Assembly (NCBI GenBank): GCA_024699225.1
Contig: JAILPZ010000046.1
Coordinates: forward strand, 1,661 to 65,660
Direction of reading: 5' to 3'
Source: Sphaerochaetaceae bacterium
Lineage (GTDB): Bacteria; Spirochaetota; Spirochaetia; Sphaerochaetales; Sphaerochaetaceae
Length of the DNA: 64,000 bases
Below the pieces are notes generated by a model that was given only the letters and a program-made list of their open reading frames with translations, was not told where the DNA came from and did no database searches. Each line of letters opens with the position of its first letter. The stretch's first letter is position 1. Shown piece by piece: positions 45,460 to 54,064 of this stretch. Made by a program: the position numbers and the translations under genes.

Positions 45460-46746
45460 TTACCAGTGGATAAGAGTGTCTACGTTAACAGGCATGCCTG
45501 AAGCGATAGACTTGTTTGCAGCTATTCCTACAATAATGGACTTAACTCCATCCCTGAAATCTGCTGCCCTGTGGAACTCGTCGTATGGCGGGTTGTCAAG
45601 GAAGACGTCATTTAAGAGAACAGGGTCTCCACCGCCGTGGCCGCCCTCAGAAATCTTAACATCCACATCATACGGCTCGCCGAACATGGGGCAGATACGG
45701 ATTGAACTCTTCTCTGTTGCTCCCTCGTCCTTCTTTGCTCCGCCTGCATTGATGTAGGTCTTTTCAACTGAGTGGTACTCAAGTCTTCCCTTTGTTCCGT
45801 TAATGCTTACGTTAAAGCCTTCCCAGGGCATGTAGGAAGCCAGTGAATAGCTCATCTGAACACCGTTCTTGTAGCGAACCAGGACATTCATGGTATCTTC
45901 AATACTTATGTCATCTGAGAATACACTTCTGTCTCTGATGTAGCCGCTGTCCTCTTCTGCATCAAGATAGAGAGCCTTGAGGGTCGGGACCTTGTCAATA
46001 TGGATGGCAAACGGATCGTTTTCTGCTTCCTTGCTTCCATAGCAGCGTGAGTAGAACTTCTCTACACCGCGCTTCTCTGCAGCAGCTCTTCCGTAGAACT
46101 GAAGGCTTCCGAAACCAAAGACTGTCTCAGGTTCTGTTCCAAGCCAGAAGTTTACCAGGTCAAAGTGGTGGGTTGCCTTGTGAACAAGAAGTCCGCCACT
46201 GTTGTACTTGTTTCTGTGCCAGCGTCTGTAGTAGTCAGCACCGTGGTCTGTGTTAAGAAGCCACTCAAAGTGAACAGATGTCGGTGTGCCGATAGCACCG
46301 TCTCTGATAAGCTCTCTCACCTTTGTGTGGAAAGGAGCGTATCTGTAGTTAAAGGTGACTCTGATGTGACGTCCTGTCTTCTTCTGTGTGTCAATAATCC
46401 TCTGAGCCTTTCTCTCATCAATTGTAAGCGGCTTTTCGGTAATAACATCACAGCCGGCCTCCATGGCCCTGCAGATATAGTCGTCATGTGTTCTGTCTAC
46501 AGATGTGACAATAACAATATCCGGCTTTGTCTCACTTATCATCTTCTCGAATTCATGAGGAAGATATGTCGGTACCTTCTTTGCTCCAAGCTTTTCGATT
46601 GAAGAGTTGGCATAGTTCATTCTGGTCTGGCTCTGATCACAGAAGCCTACCAGACAGGCAATATCCTTGTAGGTAGATGCAATTGCCTCATAATACATTC
46701 TGGCCCTTCCGCCAGTTCCGACCTGTGCATATCTTTTCAATGCCAT
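45460..46746 (-). CDS. Gfo/Idh/MocA family oxidoreductase
   Basis: 428 aa with an N-terminal Rossmann block (YAQVGTGGRARMY) and EKPL. SD AGGAGA upstream. Confidence 0.8.
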   Translation of the reverse strand: MALKRYAQVGTGGRARMYYEAIASTYKDIACLVGFCDQSQTRMNYANSSIEKLGAKKVPTYLPHEFEKMISETKPDIVIVTSVDRTHDDYICRAMEAGCDVITEKPLTIDERKAQRIIDTQKKTGRHIRVTFNYRYAPFHTKVRELIRDGAIGTPTSVHFEWLLNTDHGADYYRRWHRNKYNSGGLLVHKATHHFDLVNFWLGTEPETVFGFGSLQFYGRAAAEKRGVEKFYSRCYGSKEAENDPFAIHIDKVPTLKALYLDAEEDSGYIRDRSVFSDDISIEDTMNVLVRYKNGVQMSYSLASYMPWEGFNVSINGTKGRLEYHSVEKTYINAGGAKKDEGATEKSSIRICPMFGEPYDVDVKISEGGHGGGDPVLLNDVFLDNPPYDEFHRAADFRDGVKSIIVGIAANKSIASGMPVNVDTLIHW

Positions 46747-46775
46747 TTTTTATTCTCCTGAGCAATCTCCCTCTT

Positions 46776-49220
46776 TTACATCTCAACGAGTACGGGAGGC
46801 TCTACGTTTACCTTTACGTTTTCAACCTTAAGGTCTGCAAAGAGGACTCTGATTCCTCTGTAGTCTGTCTCAGGAATACCCTGATACATTTCAACCATAA
46901 GATTTTCCTTTACCTTTTCAGTGAGCTCAAACTCTGAATTTCTTATTTCAAGACCTGCAATTCTCTTCTCCGGAAGACCTACGAGGAAGGCTGCAACTCC
47001 GCCGCAGTTTACTGCCTTGATATTCTCAATCAGAATGTTGCGGATCTCAGGTGTGTCCTCTTCCACCGGAAGTTTTTCCAGAGAGAAATCTTTCTCAAGG
47101 CATATGCCGCAGTTATAGAACTCATTTATTGCTATCGGACAGCTTACGTCATCCATGAATATATCCTTTACAGATATGTTCTCAATAGTTCCGCCTCTGC
47201 GTCTTCTTGTCTTGATTCTTACACCGCGGTCTGTTCCGAGGAAACGGCAGTTTCTGACTTCAACATTTTTAGCACCACCGGCTGTCTCACTTCCAATTAC
47301 AAAACCGCCGTGGGCATTTTTGATGGTGCAGTTTTCCATAATAATATTCTCGGAACCACCATGCTTCATCATTTCCTTTCCGTTACCGCTCTTTACAGCA
47401 ATTCCATCATCTCCAACCTCAACAGTTGAATCTGTAATTCTGACATTTATACAGGACTCAATATCAACACCGTCCGTATTCGGAGAATCATAGGGGTTAA
47501 CTATGCGCAGGTTCTTAAGAACGAGGTTTTTCGTTGTAACCGGATGACATGTCCAGAACGGTGAGTTTGTAAGGGTTAAGCCGTTAACCTGAACTCCGTC
47601 AGAGTTGAGAATCTGCAAAAGAGGCGGTCTGAGGAACTGACACGGTCTTCCGCCACCGCCGCCCGGCTGGCTCTGGTAGTTCGGATTAAGGGCTGCAAGA
47701 GCCTTCTCAATCGGAAGGGTCGGACCTTCCTGGCGGCCGCTGTCCTTCCAGGCCATTACCTTGTTCCACCATTTTCTACCCTGGCCATCTAGGACTCCGG
47801 GGCCTTCAACAACAACGTCCCTTGCTTCCTTAATAAAGAAACACGGCTTCATGGCCCAGCAGTTAACGCCTTCCCATCTTGTTTCTACAGGCTCGTAGCC
47901 TTCAAAGTCATCTGTAAACTCAAGTTTTGCGCCCTCTTCAAAAACAAGGTGTGTATGAGAAGGAACAGTAACGGGACCTGTTTTATGTGTGCCGGCAGGA
48001 ACAACAACAATGTTCTTACCTGCATTTTCATTTAAGAGTGCAGACAGATCCTCGTCCTTCTTCATAACAACACAAGTTGTGCTCATCTGGGCGGGGAACT
48101 CTATCTCTGAAGCGCAGAGAAGGAACAGACCTACTCCGTGAAGGTTGTCTGTAACTGCAGGCTCTCCGCTTACGTAATACTTGTATGTTCCGTCTCTGTA
48201 TGGCTTATCATCTCCTGATTTGCCAAGACCTGCACTCTGACAGATTTTGTGGATAAACAGCTCTCCGTCCTCTCCTGTTGTTACATAGTCTTTACAGACA
48301 GCCTTGAAAGACTCATTTGCAGCATCAAGATACTCTTTCCCAAGGTGTCCCAGGCGGTACATCTTTGCAAAGAAGTATGAATAGCACAGGGATGCTGAAG
48401 TCTCAATATAGTTTCCTTCCTCCCCGGCCTTATCAACAACCTGATACCAGAGTTTGGAAAACTTGTCTCTGAACTTGAGAATAACAGGAGCGAGAGAAGA
48501 AGCAATTTTAAGAAATCTCTTTCTGCAATCCCTGTATTCGTCTGTGTCAGGAATAATCTCAAGAAGATCGGCCAGAGCTATTACGTACCAGCCGAGGGCT
48601 CTTCCCCAGACTTCTGCAGACTGACCTGTTACAGGGTCTGCCCAGGGCATGCGGCGGCTTTCGTCCCATGCATGTCTGAGAAGACCTGTTTTGCTGTCAT
48701 ATGTGTGTTCATAGAGAAGTTCAAACTGATGGATCAGGTCCTCCGTGCACTCCTTAAGACCACCGAAGGTCTTTGTATAGGAGGCGTAGAACGGACCGTA
48801 CATATAAACTCCGTCAAGCCACATCTGGTCAGGATATCTCTTTTTGTGGAAGAATCCGCCGGATGCAGTTCTCGGGCTGTTCTGAATCTGTTTGTAGAAC
48901 TGGTCAACAGCAGTCTTGTACCTTCCATCCTTTGTGAGAGCATAGAAGTCCAGCATGTTGTTTCCCATTCTGATCTGGTCCATGCTGTAGTCTTCTTCTT
49001 TGTAAGTTCTCACCTTTCCGTCTTCACTTACATAGAACTCAAGCATCTTCTTCACGTAGTCCAGATACTCCTGCTTTCCGGTTATCTTCCAGGCCCTGTA
49101 TATTCCGTTGAGGAGAATGGCGGCTGTATAACCGTACTTTGTGTTGTCTGTCTGAAACTTTCTGATTGAAGAAAGAGCCATTCGCTCTATCATAGGTAAT
49201 CTGCTGTCTATTTTTTCCAT
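46776..49220 (-). CDS. bifunctional GH105 (unsaturated rhamnogalacturonyl/galacturonyl hydrolase) - GH28 (polygalacturonase-type) fusion, no signal peptide
   Basis: The N-terminal ~375 aa carry YteR/GH105 blocks (DQMWLDGVYMYGPFYA). The C-terminal ~430 aa carry GH28 motifs NTDG (SPNTDGVDIES), GDDGIAVKSG, NAHGGFVIGSE and RGVRIKT. Confidence 0.8.
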   Translation of the reverse strand: MEKIDSRLPMIERMALSSIRKFQTDNTKYGYTAAILLNGIYRAWKITGKQEYLDYVKKMLEFYVSEDGKVRTYKEEDYSMDQIRMGNNMLDFYALTKDGRYKTAVDQFYKQIQNSPRTASGGFFHKKRYPDQMWLDGVYMYGPFYASYTKTFGGLKECTEDLIHQFELLYEHTYDSKTGLLRHAWDESRRMPWADPVTGQSAEVWGRALGWYVIALADLLEIIPDTDEYRDCRKRFLKIASSLAPVILKFRDKFSKLWYQVVDKAGEEGNYIETSASLCYSYFFAKMYRLGHLGKEYLDAANESFKAVCKDYVTTGEDGELFIHKICQSAGLGKSGDDKPYRDGTYKYYVSGEPAVTDNLHGVGLFLLCASEIEFPAQMSTTCVVMKKDEDLSALLNENAGKNIVVVPAGTHKTGPVTVPSHTHLVFEEGAKLEFTDDFEGYEPVETRWEGVNCWAMKPCFFIKEARDVVVEGPGVLDGQGRKWWNKVMAWKDSGRQEGPTLPIEKALAALNPNYQSQPGGGGGRPCQFLRPPLLQILNSDGVQVNGLTLTNSPFWTCHPVTTKNLVLKNLRIVNPYDSPNTDGVDIESCINVRITDSTVEVGDDGIAVKSGNGKEMMKHGGSENIIMENCTIKNAHGGFVIGSETAGGAKNVEVRNCRFLGTDRGVRIKTRRRRGGTIENISVKDIFMDDVSCPIAINEFYNCGICLEKDFSLEKLPVEEDTPEIRNILIENIKAVNCGGVAAFLVGLPEKRIAGLEIRNSEFELTEKVKENLMVEMYQGIPETDYRGIRVLFADLKVENVKVNVEPPVLVEM

Positions 49221-49305
49221 AATATCTCCATGGCAACCATTTTCCAGATAAAGTGTTGCTTTAGTCTAAAGTACAAAGAGCGTAAATATCCTACGCCATT
49301 TAGGA

Positions 49306-52300
49306 TTATTCTGACCTGAACTTTCTTGAGGAGCGAACCTTGCTCGGACTGTGCCCTGTTATCTTCTTGAAAACCCTGCAGAAATAAGCCTGGTCCTGGA
49401 AGCCCGTTGAACTTGAAACTTCATTAATGGTCATGGCTGTATTACGCAGAAGCTTCTTTGAAAGATAGATTCTGTATCTGTTCAGATAATCCCAGGGTGA
49501 AAGACCCAGTTCCTTCTTGAATATACGTGTCAGATAGTCTTCAGAGACATTTACATTCTCAGCAATCTGCCAGCGGCTGATCGGTGAACAGGCGTGTGTG
49601 CACAGGTACTCCTGAGCCTTCTTGACTATTGCGCCGGTAAGAACAGGAAGAATTTCATCTCCCTCAACTATGTTTCTTACCCTGACAATAAACTCGCTGC
49701 TTTCAAGAACACAGTAGTTGCAAAGAAGCACATTCGAATATGAGGCAAGAGCGTCTACACACTCAGGGGTAACAGTTTCAAGACATACAAGAACCGGAGT
49801 CTGATAGACCTTCTTCATGCTTCTGATAGTCTTAATCAGGGCAGAGATGCTTCTTATATCAGGATTTGCCTCATCCACATCTGCTATAACAACCAGATCA
49901 GGGGCCTTGTCCCTGCACATCTCTGCTGCATTATACATGGATGAGTTTATTATCTCAGGATTCTGAATCCACCTGTAAATACTCTCTGCCCCCTCACCTA
50001 TCTGAAGGATCCTGTGGTGCCCTGTTTCCACAGACATACGAACTGTATCTTCAAGAGTCTTTGACCATGTTTCAGGACAGATTATGAAAGGAAGGCCCTT
50101 GAGCTTTTCGCTTGCCATAATTACACGCAGAGCCTCATAGGAATCATTTCCGGAGCCTTCAACTCCCCAGAAGATTGCCCCGACATCAGGAAACAGCTTT
50201 CCGGTCTCGCTGAAATTTGAAAGAACAACAGAGTCCTTTCTCACTTCTTCAAAGGAAGTAAGGGTATCATTCCCAAAGACAGCAAGGCTCTCGCCTTCGT
50301 TTATTTCCCTGGCCTCACGCCCTGAGAGAGTCGGGTATGGAATGGTAAACTCACAGCGGTCATCCTGCAGTGAAATTCGTCCCTTGTGCATATAAACAAG
50401 ATTCTGAGCAAGATTAAAATCAACGGAGGAACAGTCCTTAAATACCGGTTCGCCATCCGTACTTCTTATGCAGGTAAGAATTCCCTGCCTTGTATATCTT
50501 GCTGTTATCTCAGATGTTTTGGCCATGCCTGTAATAATATTCAGAACGTCTCTTATCTTGTTCCTGTCAACCATAAGACACGGCAGAATACCGGTGGACT
50601 TGTACTGCGGGAACTGAGAAAGAATAACGTCGTAGCGTTCAAGAGAAGTGTTGAGCTCAAGCTCTCCTGTCTTGCTTAAGGCCAGATCAAGAATCTTCTC
50701 TGCTCCGCTTATCAGGTCAACAATCAGCTTCTTTTCGTTCTCCGGAGTGCTCTCTGATTCCCTGATTTTCTTTACAGCCTCAGCAAGCGGCTCCCTGAGG
50801 TTTTCACTTACGTTTGAGAAGAACATGGTCCTGTCCTCCTCTGCACGCTCAGCAACAACCTTAGCCCTTGCAGTCTCCTCAAAGAACAGACCGGCCTTTA
50901 CGGCACTGGAGACAGCCTGAGCAACCTCAGAGCACTGACGCCCGTCATAATCAGAAGTTTTGATAAGAAGATGGCCAAAGTATGTTGCCTCATCATGAAG
51001 CGGGAACACAACATAGACACCCGGGCCCAGGTCAGAATAATCCTTCTCCGGAAGAATCAGATCGGAGGGGAAATCTACTGTCTGATTATCCCCGTAACAG
51101 GTATTTACGCCTTCTTCCTTAGTCAGGACCAGATAAACCTCTTCAAAGCCCAATGCCCTGCAGTGGTATCTCAGCGTATTTGCAATTTCTGTAATTCTGT
51201 TCTTTCCGAGCAGGTCGTTCTTGAAGGAACCGAGCCTGTTAAGCTTCTTCTGCTCAGCATAGGCTTCTTCCACCCTCAGCCTGTCTACAATTTCCGGAAG
51301 GCGTTCTCTTGCAAGAGAGACTATCCTCTGAGCCTGCTCCTTCTCCAAAAACGGCAGCTTTTCAATTAGTCCAATTCCTTCATTTACAATATAGATATCC
51401 TCAGCATTTTTAACTGCAAGAGAAAGAGCTTCTATCAGGCTCTGCTCCGTACTTGAAGAAACAATTCTGTCATATATAGCGCTACTTTCCTCTATAGAAA
51501 TACCGCAGTATCCGGCCATAACGCGAATCAGGTCTGTTTTTGTTTCAAACTTCTGTTTCTCAAAGGTGTGATTACAGCCGCAGGATCTCCTGAACACCGG
51601 CTGTCCCACAAGACTCTGGTCGGGAACAAAGGCCTGACCCATGAGTTTTTTTCTCAGGCTTTCCACAGCCATAAAGCCCATTTTGGCCGTCGGCATCTTG
51701 GCAGTTGTGGGAGGAACCTGTAAAAGTCTGGATTCTATGGAGTCGTTGAACCCGCTCATTTTAACGTCTGAGGGTACGTTGTAACCGGCTTCTTTAAGAA
51801 CCTTGGCCGCGTCAACCATAAGAAGGTCACTGGCGCAGACTACGGCCTCAAAATCCCTGCCGGGAACAAGCTTTCTTTTGACAATAAGCTCCCTCATGGC
51901 AAAGTCTCCCCTGTTCCAGGCGCAGGGAGGGGTTACGAGATTCTCGTCATATTTTATGTTGAATTCGGAAAGAACCGCCTTGTAAGCCTCAAATCTGATG
52001 TTTGCTGAAATGTGTCCTTCAGGACCCCTGATAAAGGCAATTTTGGATATCCCGTGTTTGACAATCATGTGTTTTGTAATCTCACGCAAAGCATAAGACG
52101 GGTCGAATGTCACATCCGGAATGTCTCTGTATTTTTCTGTCTTTCCTGAAATGGTTACGAGTGTTGCAGGAAGATGCGGATGGAGGTAGTCCATCACATG
52201 CTCGTCGTTCACCACTCCGGTAAGCGACGAGAGCCAGACAATTGCCCCGTCAAGATTTTTAGGTGTTGCCAGTTTGAAAACATAGTTGGCTACAGCCTCT

Positions 52301-52443
52301 GCCGGATTAGTGCTCGAAAAAACACCTCCGGGGAAAACGAATAGCCTGTCTCTTCCGTTCTGGGGAAATTTAGAAGCCACAGACTGCCACATCCTGACGG
52401 ATGAACCCTGACTTATTTGTGCACTGATGAAGCCGAAATCCAT
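49306..52443 (-). CDS. 1045-aa cytoplasmic multidomain regulator: LacI-type sugar-binding (PBP) domain, GAF-like region, His-less HisKA/HATPase-like core, receiver-like region, AraC-type HTH
   Basis: N-terminal PBP-like region (IAFIRGPEGHISANIRFEAY..., VVCASDLLMVDAAKVLKEAG). H-box-like FFSNVSENLREPL at residues 541-553. C-terminal AraC HTH (ISRWQIAENVNVSEDYLTRIFKKELGLSPWDYLNRYR...GFQDQAYFCRVFKKITGHSP). No TM segments. Confidence 0.7.
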   Translation of the reverse strand: MDFGFISAQISQGSSVRMWQSVASKFPQNGRDRLFVFPGGVFSSTNPAEAVANYVFKLATPKNLDGAIVWLSSLTGVVNDEHVMDYLHPHLPATLVTISGKTEKYRDIPDVTFDPSYALREITKHMIVKHGISKIAFIRGPEGHISANIRFEAYKAVLSEFNIKYDENLVTPPCAWNRGDFAMRELIVKRKLVPGRDFEAVVCASDLLMVDAAKVLKEAGYNVPSDVKMSGFNDSIESRLLQVPPTTAKMPTAKMGFMAVESLRKKLMGQAFVPDQSLVGQPVFRRSCGCNHTFEKQKFETKTDLIRVMAGYCGISIEESSAIYDRIVSSSTEQSLIEALSLAVKNAEDIYIVNEGIGLIEKLPFLEKEQAQRIVSLARERLPEIVDRLRVEEAYAEQKKLNRLGSFKNDLLGKNRITEIANTLRYHCRALGFEEVYLVLTKEEGVNTCYGDNQTVDFPSDLILPEKDYSDLGPGVYVVFPLHDEATYFGHLLIKTSDYDGRQCSEVAQAVSSAVKAGLFFEETARAKVVAERAEEDRTMFFSNVSENLREPLAEAVKKIRESESTPENEKKLIVDLISGAEKILDLALSKTGELELNTSLERYDVILSQFPQYKSTGILPCLMVDRNKIRDVLNIITGMAKTSEITARYTRQGILTCIRSTDGEPVFKDCSSVDFNLAQNLVYMHKGRISLQDDRCEFTIPYPTLSGREAREINEGESLAVFGNDTLTSFEEVRKDSVVLSNFSETGKLFPDVGAIFWGVEGSGNDSYEALRVIMASEKLKGLPFIICPETWSKTLEDTVRMSVETGHHRILQIGEGAESIYRWIQNPEIINSSMYNAAEMCRDKAPDLVVIADVDEANPDIRSISALIKTIRSMKKVYQTPVLVCLETVTPECVDALASYSNVLLCNYCVLESSEFIVRVRNIVEGDEILPVLTGAIVKKAQEYLCTHACSPISRWQIAENVNVSEDYLTRIFKKELGLSPWDYLNRYRIYLSKKLLRNTAMTINEVSSSTGFQDQAYFCRVFKKITGHSPSKVRSSRKFRSE

Positions 52444-52449
52444 GCGAGA

Positions 52450-52479
52450 ATTATAAGGTTATAAACAAAACTATTTCAA
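52450..52479 (-). promoter_or_regulatory. sigma-70 promoter TTGAAA-N18-TATAAT, with the -10 placed 6 nt before the regulator ATG (leaderless geometry)
   Basis: Minus strand reads TTGAAATAGTTTTGTTTATAACCTTATAATTCTCGCATG. No SD is present. Confidence 0.55.
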
Positions 52480-52538
52480 GGCTTTTTTGGACATTTCCGA
52501 CATTTAGTTTAAGAAAATTCTTTATGACATAAAAAATT

Positions 52539-52576
52539 AAAAAAACCCGCCGGACACATGGCGTGAATCCGACGGG
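52539..52576 (-). terminator. rho-independent terminator of the kdgK-eda-uxaC-uxaE operon
   Basis: Minus strand reads CCCGTCGGA-(13 nt)-TCCGGCGGG followed by TTTTTTT. Confidence 0.75.
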
Positions 52577-52598
52577 CATTTGTCACCTGAAAAACGTA

Positions 52599-54047
52599 TT
52601 ATTTCAGCAAAATGGCTGAGGCGTGGTGACCAATGTGTGAGAGAAGATACTGTGCATAATCTTCTCTGTATGTTCTCCACAGTGAGTACATTCTGTCCTT
52701 GAAGACATAACGGCCTGCTTCATCCTTGAGATTGAGAATCAAACCGTAGGTGATGTGAATCAGCTGTCTTGAGTCATTGTTCTTAAAGAGGTCAGGAAGC
52801 TGAGCGTCTGTGAGTGTGTCCACATCAGGAATCTTTGTGAGATCTGTTGTGACATGATAGTACTTTGAGGCTTCCTTGAAGGCAACAAGTGCATATTTGT
52901 GGATTTCTCTGTAGAGAGAAGGATCCTTGACTGCAATCAGGCGTACAGCTTCAAGCCAGTTTGTACCTGCTGTCTTGAGGTGGAAGCGTCCGCGTGTTTC
53001 TTTTCCTGTGCTCGGGAAGACTGAGAACTTGTCACTTCCGCTGTGGATACTGAGCTTGTAACCGAATGTTCTTGCAATCTGTGCATGAACTCTCATTTCC
53101 TTCTCGTACTGAGCAAGGTCTCCTATGTAGTCAATTCCTTTCTGGAATTCACCGCAGAATCTCGGAGCAACTGTAGCAACCTTAACACCGCGTCTTGTGA
53201 GCTCTGAAGCTACGAAGTAGTGCTGCTCGGGAAGTGTCGGAGTCATGGTCTCGTCAATTGAAACCTCAAAATCTGCCCTGGCCTTTCCGCCCTTGCAAAC
53301 TACAGTCTTGTAGATTCCCTCAGCATAGGAAACAGCCTCTGCGTAGATGAGAACGGTTCTCTTGAAAAGCTCCTCGTCAAAGCTGATTACAACACCCTCT
53401 CCAAGATCAAAGCTCTTGTTCAGGTAAAGCTTCTCAAGTTCTTCGTTCTTGACGTACTTCTTGTCTACTTCTGCCTTTGAAAGGCCTTCGATTGAGTTGT
53501 CAATGTGCTCACTGCAGTCCATGGTTATCATGGTGTAGCCGGAAGAAAGAGCGTACTCTACTTCCTCAGCTGTCTTAACGTGGTCTCCGTCAGCACCGAA
53601 ACCTGTTGTAAAACCGTTTCTGAATACTGCGAATGTTGCACTGTCAAGAACGTCTGCAAATGTTCTGTTTGTAAGTGTGAGCTCTCTGATGGACTGCTGT
53701 GCAAGAATAGGAGTAATTTCAGGATACTTCTTGAAAACTCTCAGATGTCCGTCACCTGCCACACCAAGGCGGTCACCTACACCCATTGTCTTGTCTCTGC
53801 TTCCGAGAACTCTTGATGGGGCTGTCCAGGAGAAGTGCTTTCTAAGTCCCTCTGCTGCGCTGTGGTCAAGCTTTGAAAGAACATACATCTTTCCGTCTGC
53901 ACCTTCAGCAAGCTCTCCGCCAAAACCGAGAGCCGGAGCAGAAACAAGAAGATCTTCTCTTCCTGCATCTACCATACAGACATCTTTCTGAACAGAGTCC
54001 GGATAAACTGCGAACTCTCTCTTGTCTTTTAATACTAACTTCTGCAT
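52599..54047 (-). CDS. uxaE: tagaturonate/fructuronate epimerase (UxaE family)
   Basis: 482 aa. By recollection it belongs to the same family as the Thermotoga UxaE (blocks GVGDRLG, FGADGDH, HSGSDKFS). It lies directly downstream of uxaC. Confidence 0.65.
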   Translation of the reverse strand: MQKLVLKDKREFAVYPDSVQKDVCMVDAGREDLLVSAPALGFGGELAEGADGKMYVLSKLDHSAAEGLRKHFSWTAPSRVLGSRDKTMGVGDRLGVAGDGHLRVFKKYPEITPILAQQSIRELTLTNRTFADVLDSATFAVFRNGFTTGFGADGDHVKTAEEVEYALSSGYTMITMDCSEHIDNSIEGLSKAEVDKKYVKNEELEKLYLNKSFDLGEGVVISFDEELFKRTVLIYAEAVSYAEGIYKTVVCKGGKARADFEVSIDETMTPTLPEQHYFVASELTRRGVKVATVAPRFCGEFQKGIDYIGDLAQYEKEMRVHAQIARTFGYKLSIHSGSDKFSVFPSTGKETRGRFHLKTAGTNWLEAVRLIAVKDPSLYREIHKYALVAFKEASKYYHVTTDLTKIPDVDTLTDAQLPDLFKNNDSRQLIHITYGLILNLKDEAGRYVFKDRMYSLWRTYREDYAQYLLSHIGHHASAILLK

Positions 54048-54064
54048 TTCTATTTCCTTATTAA

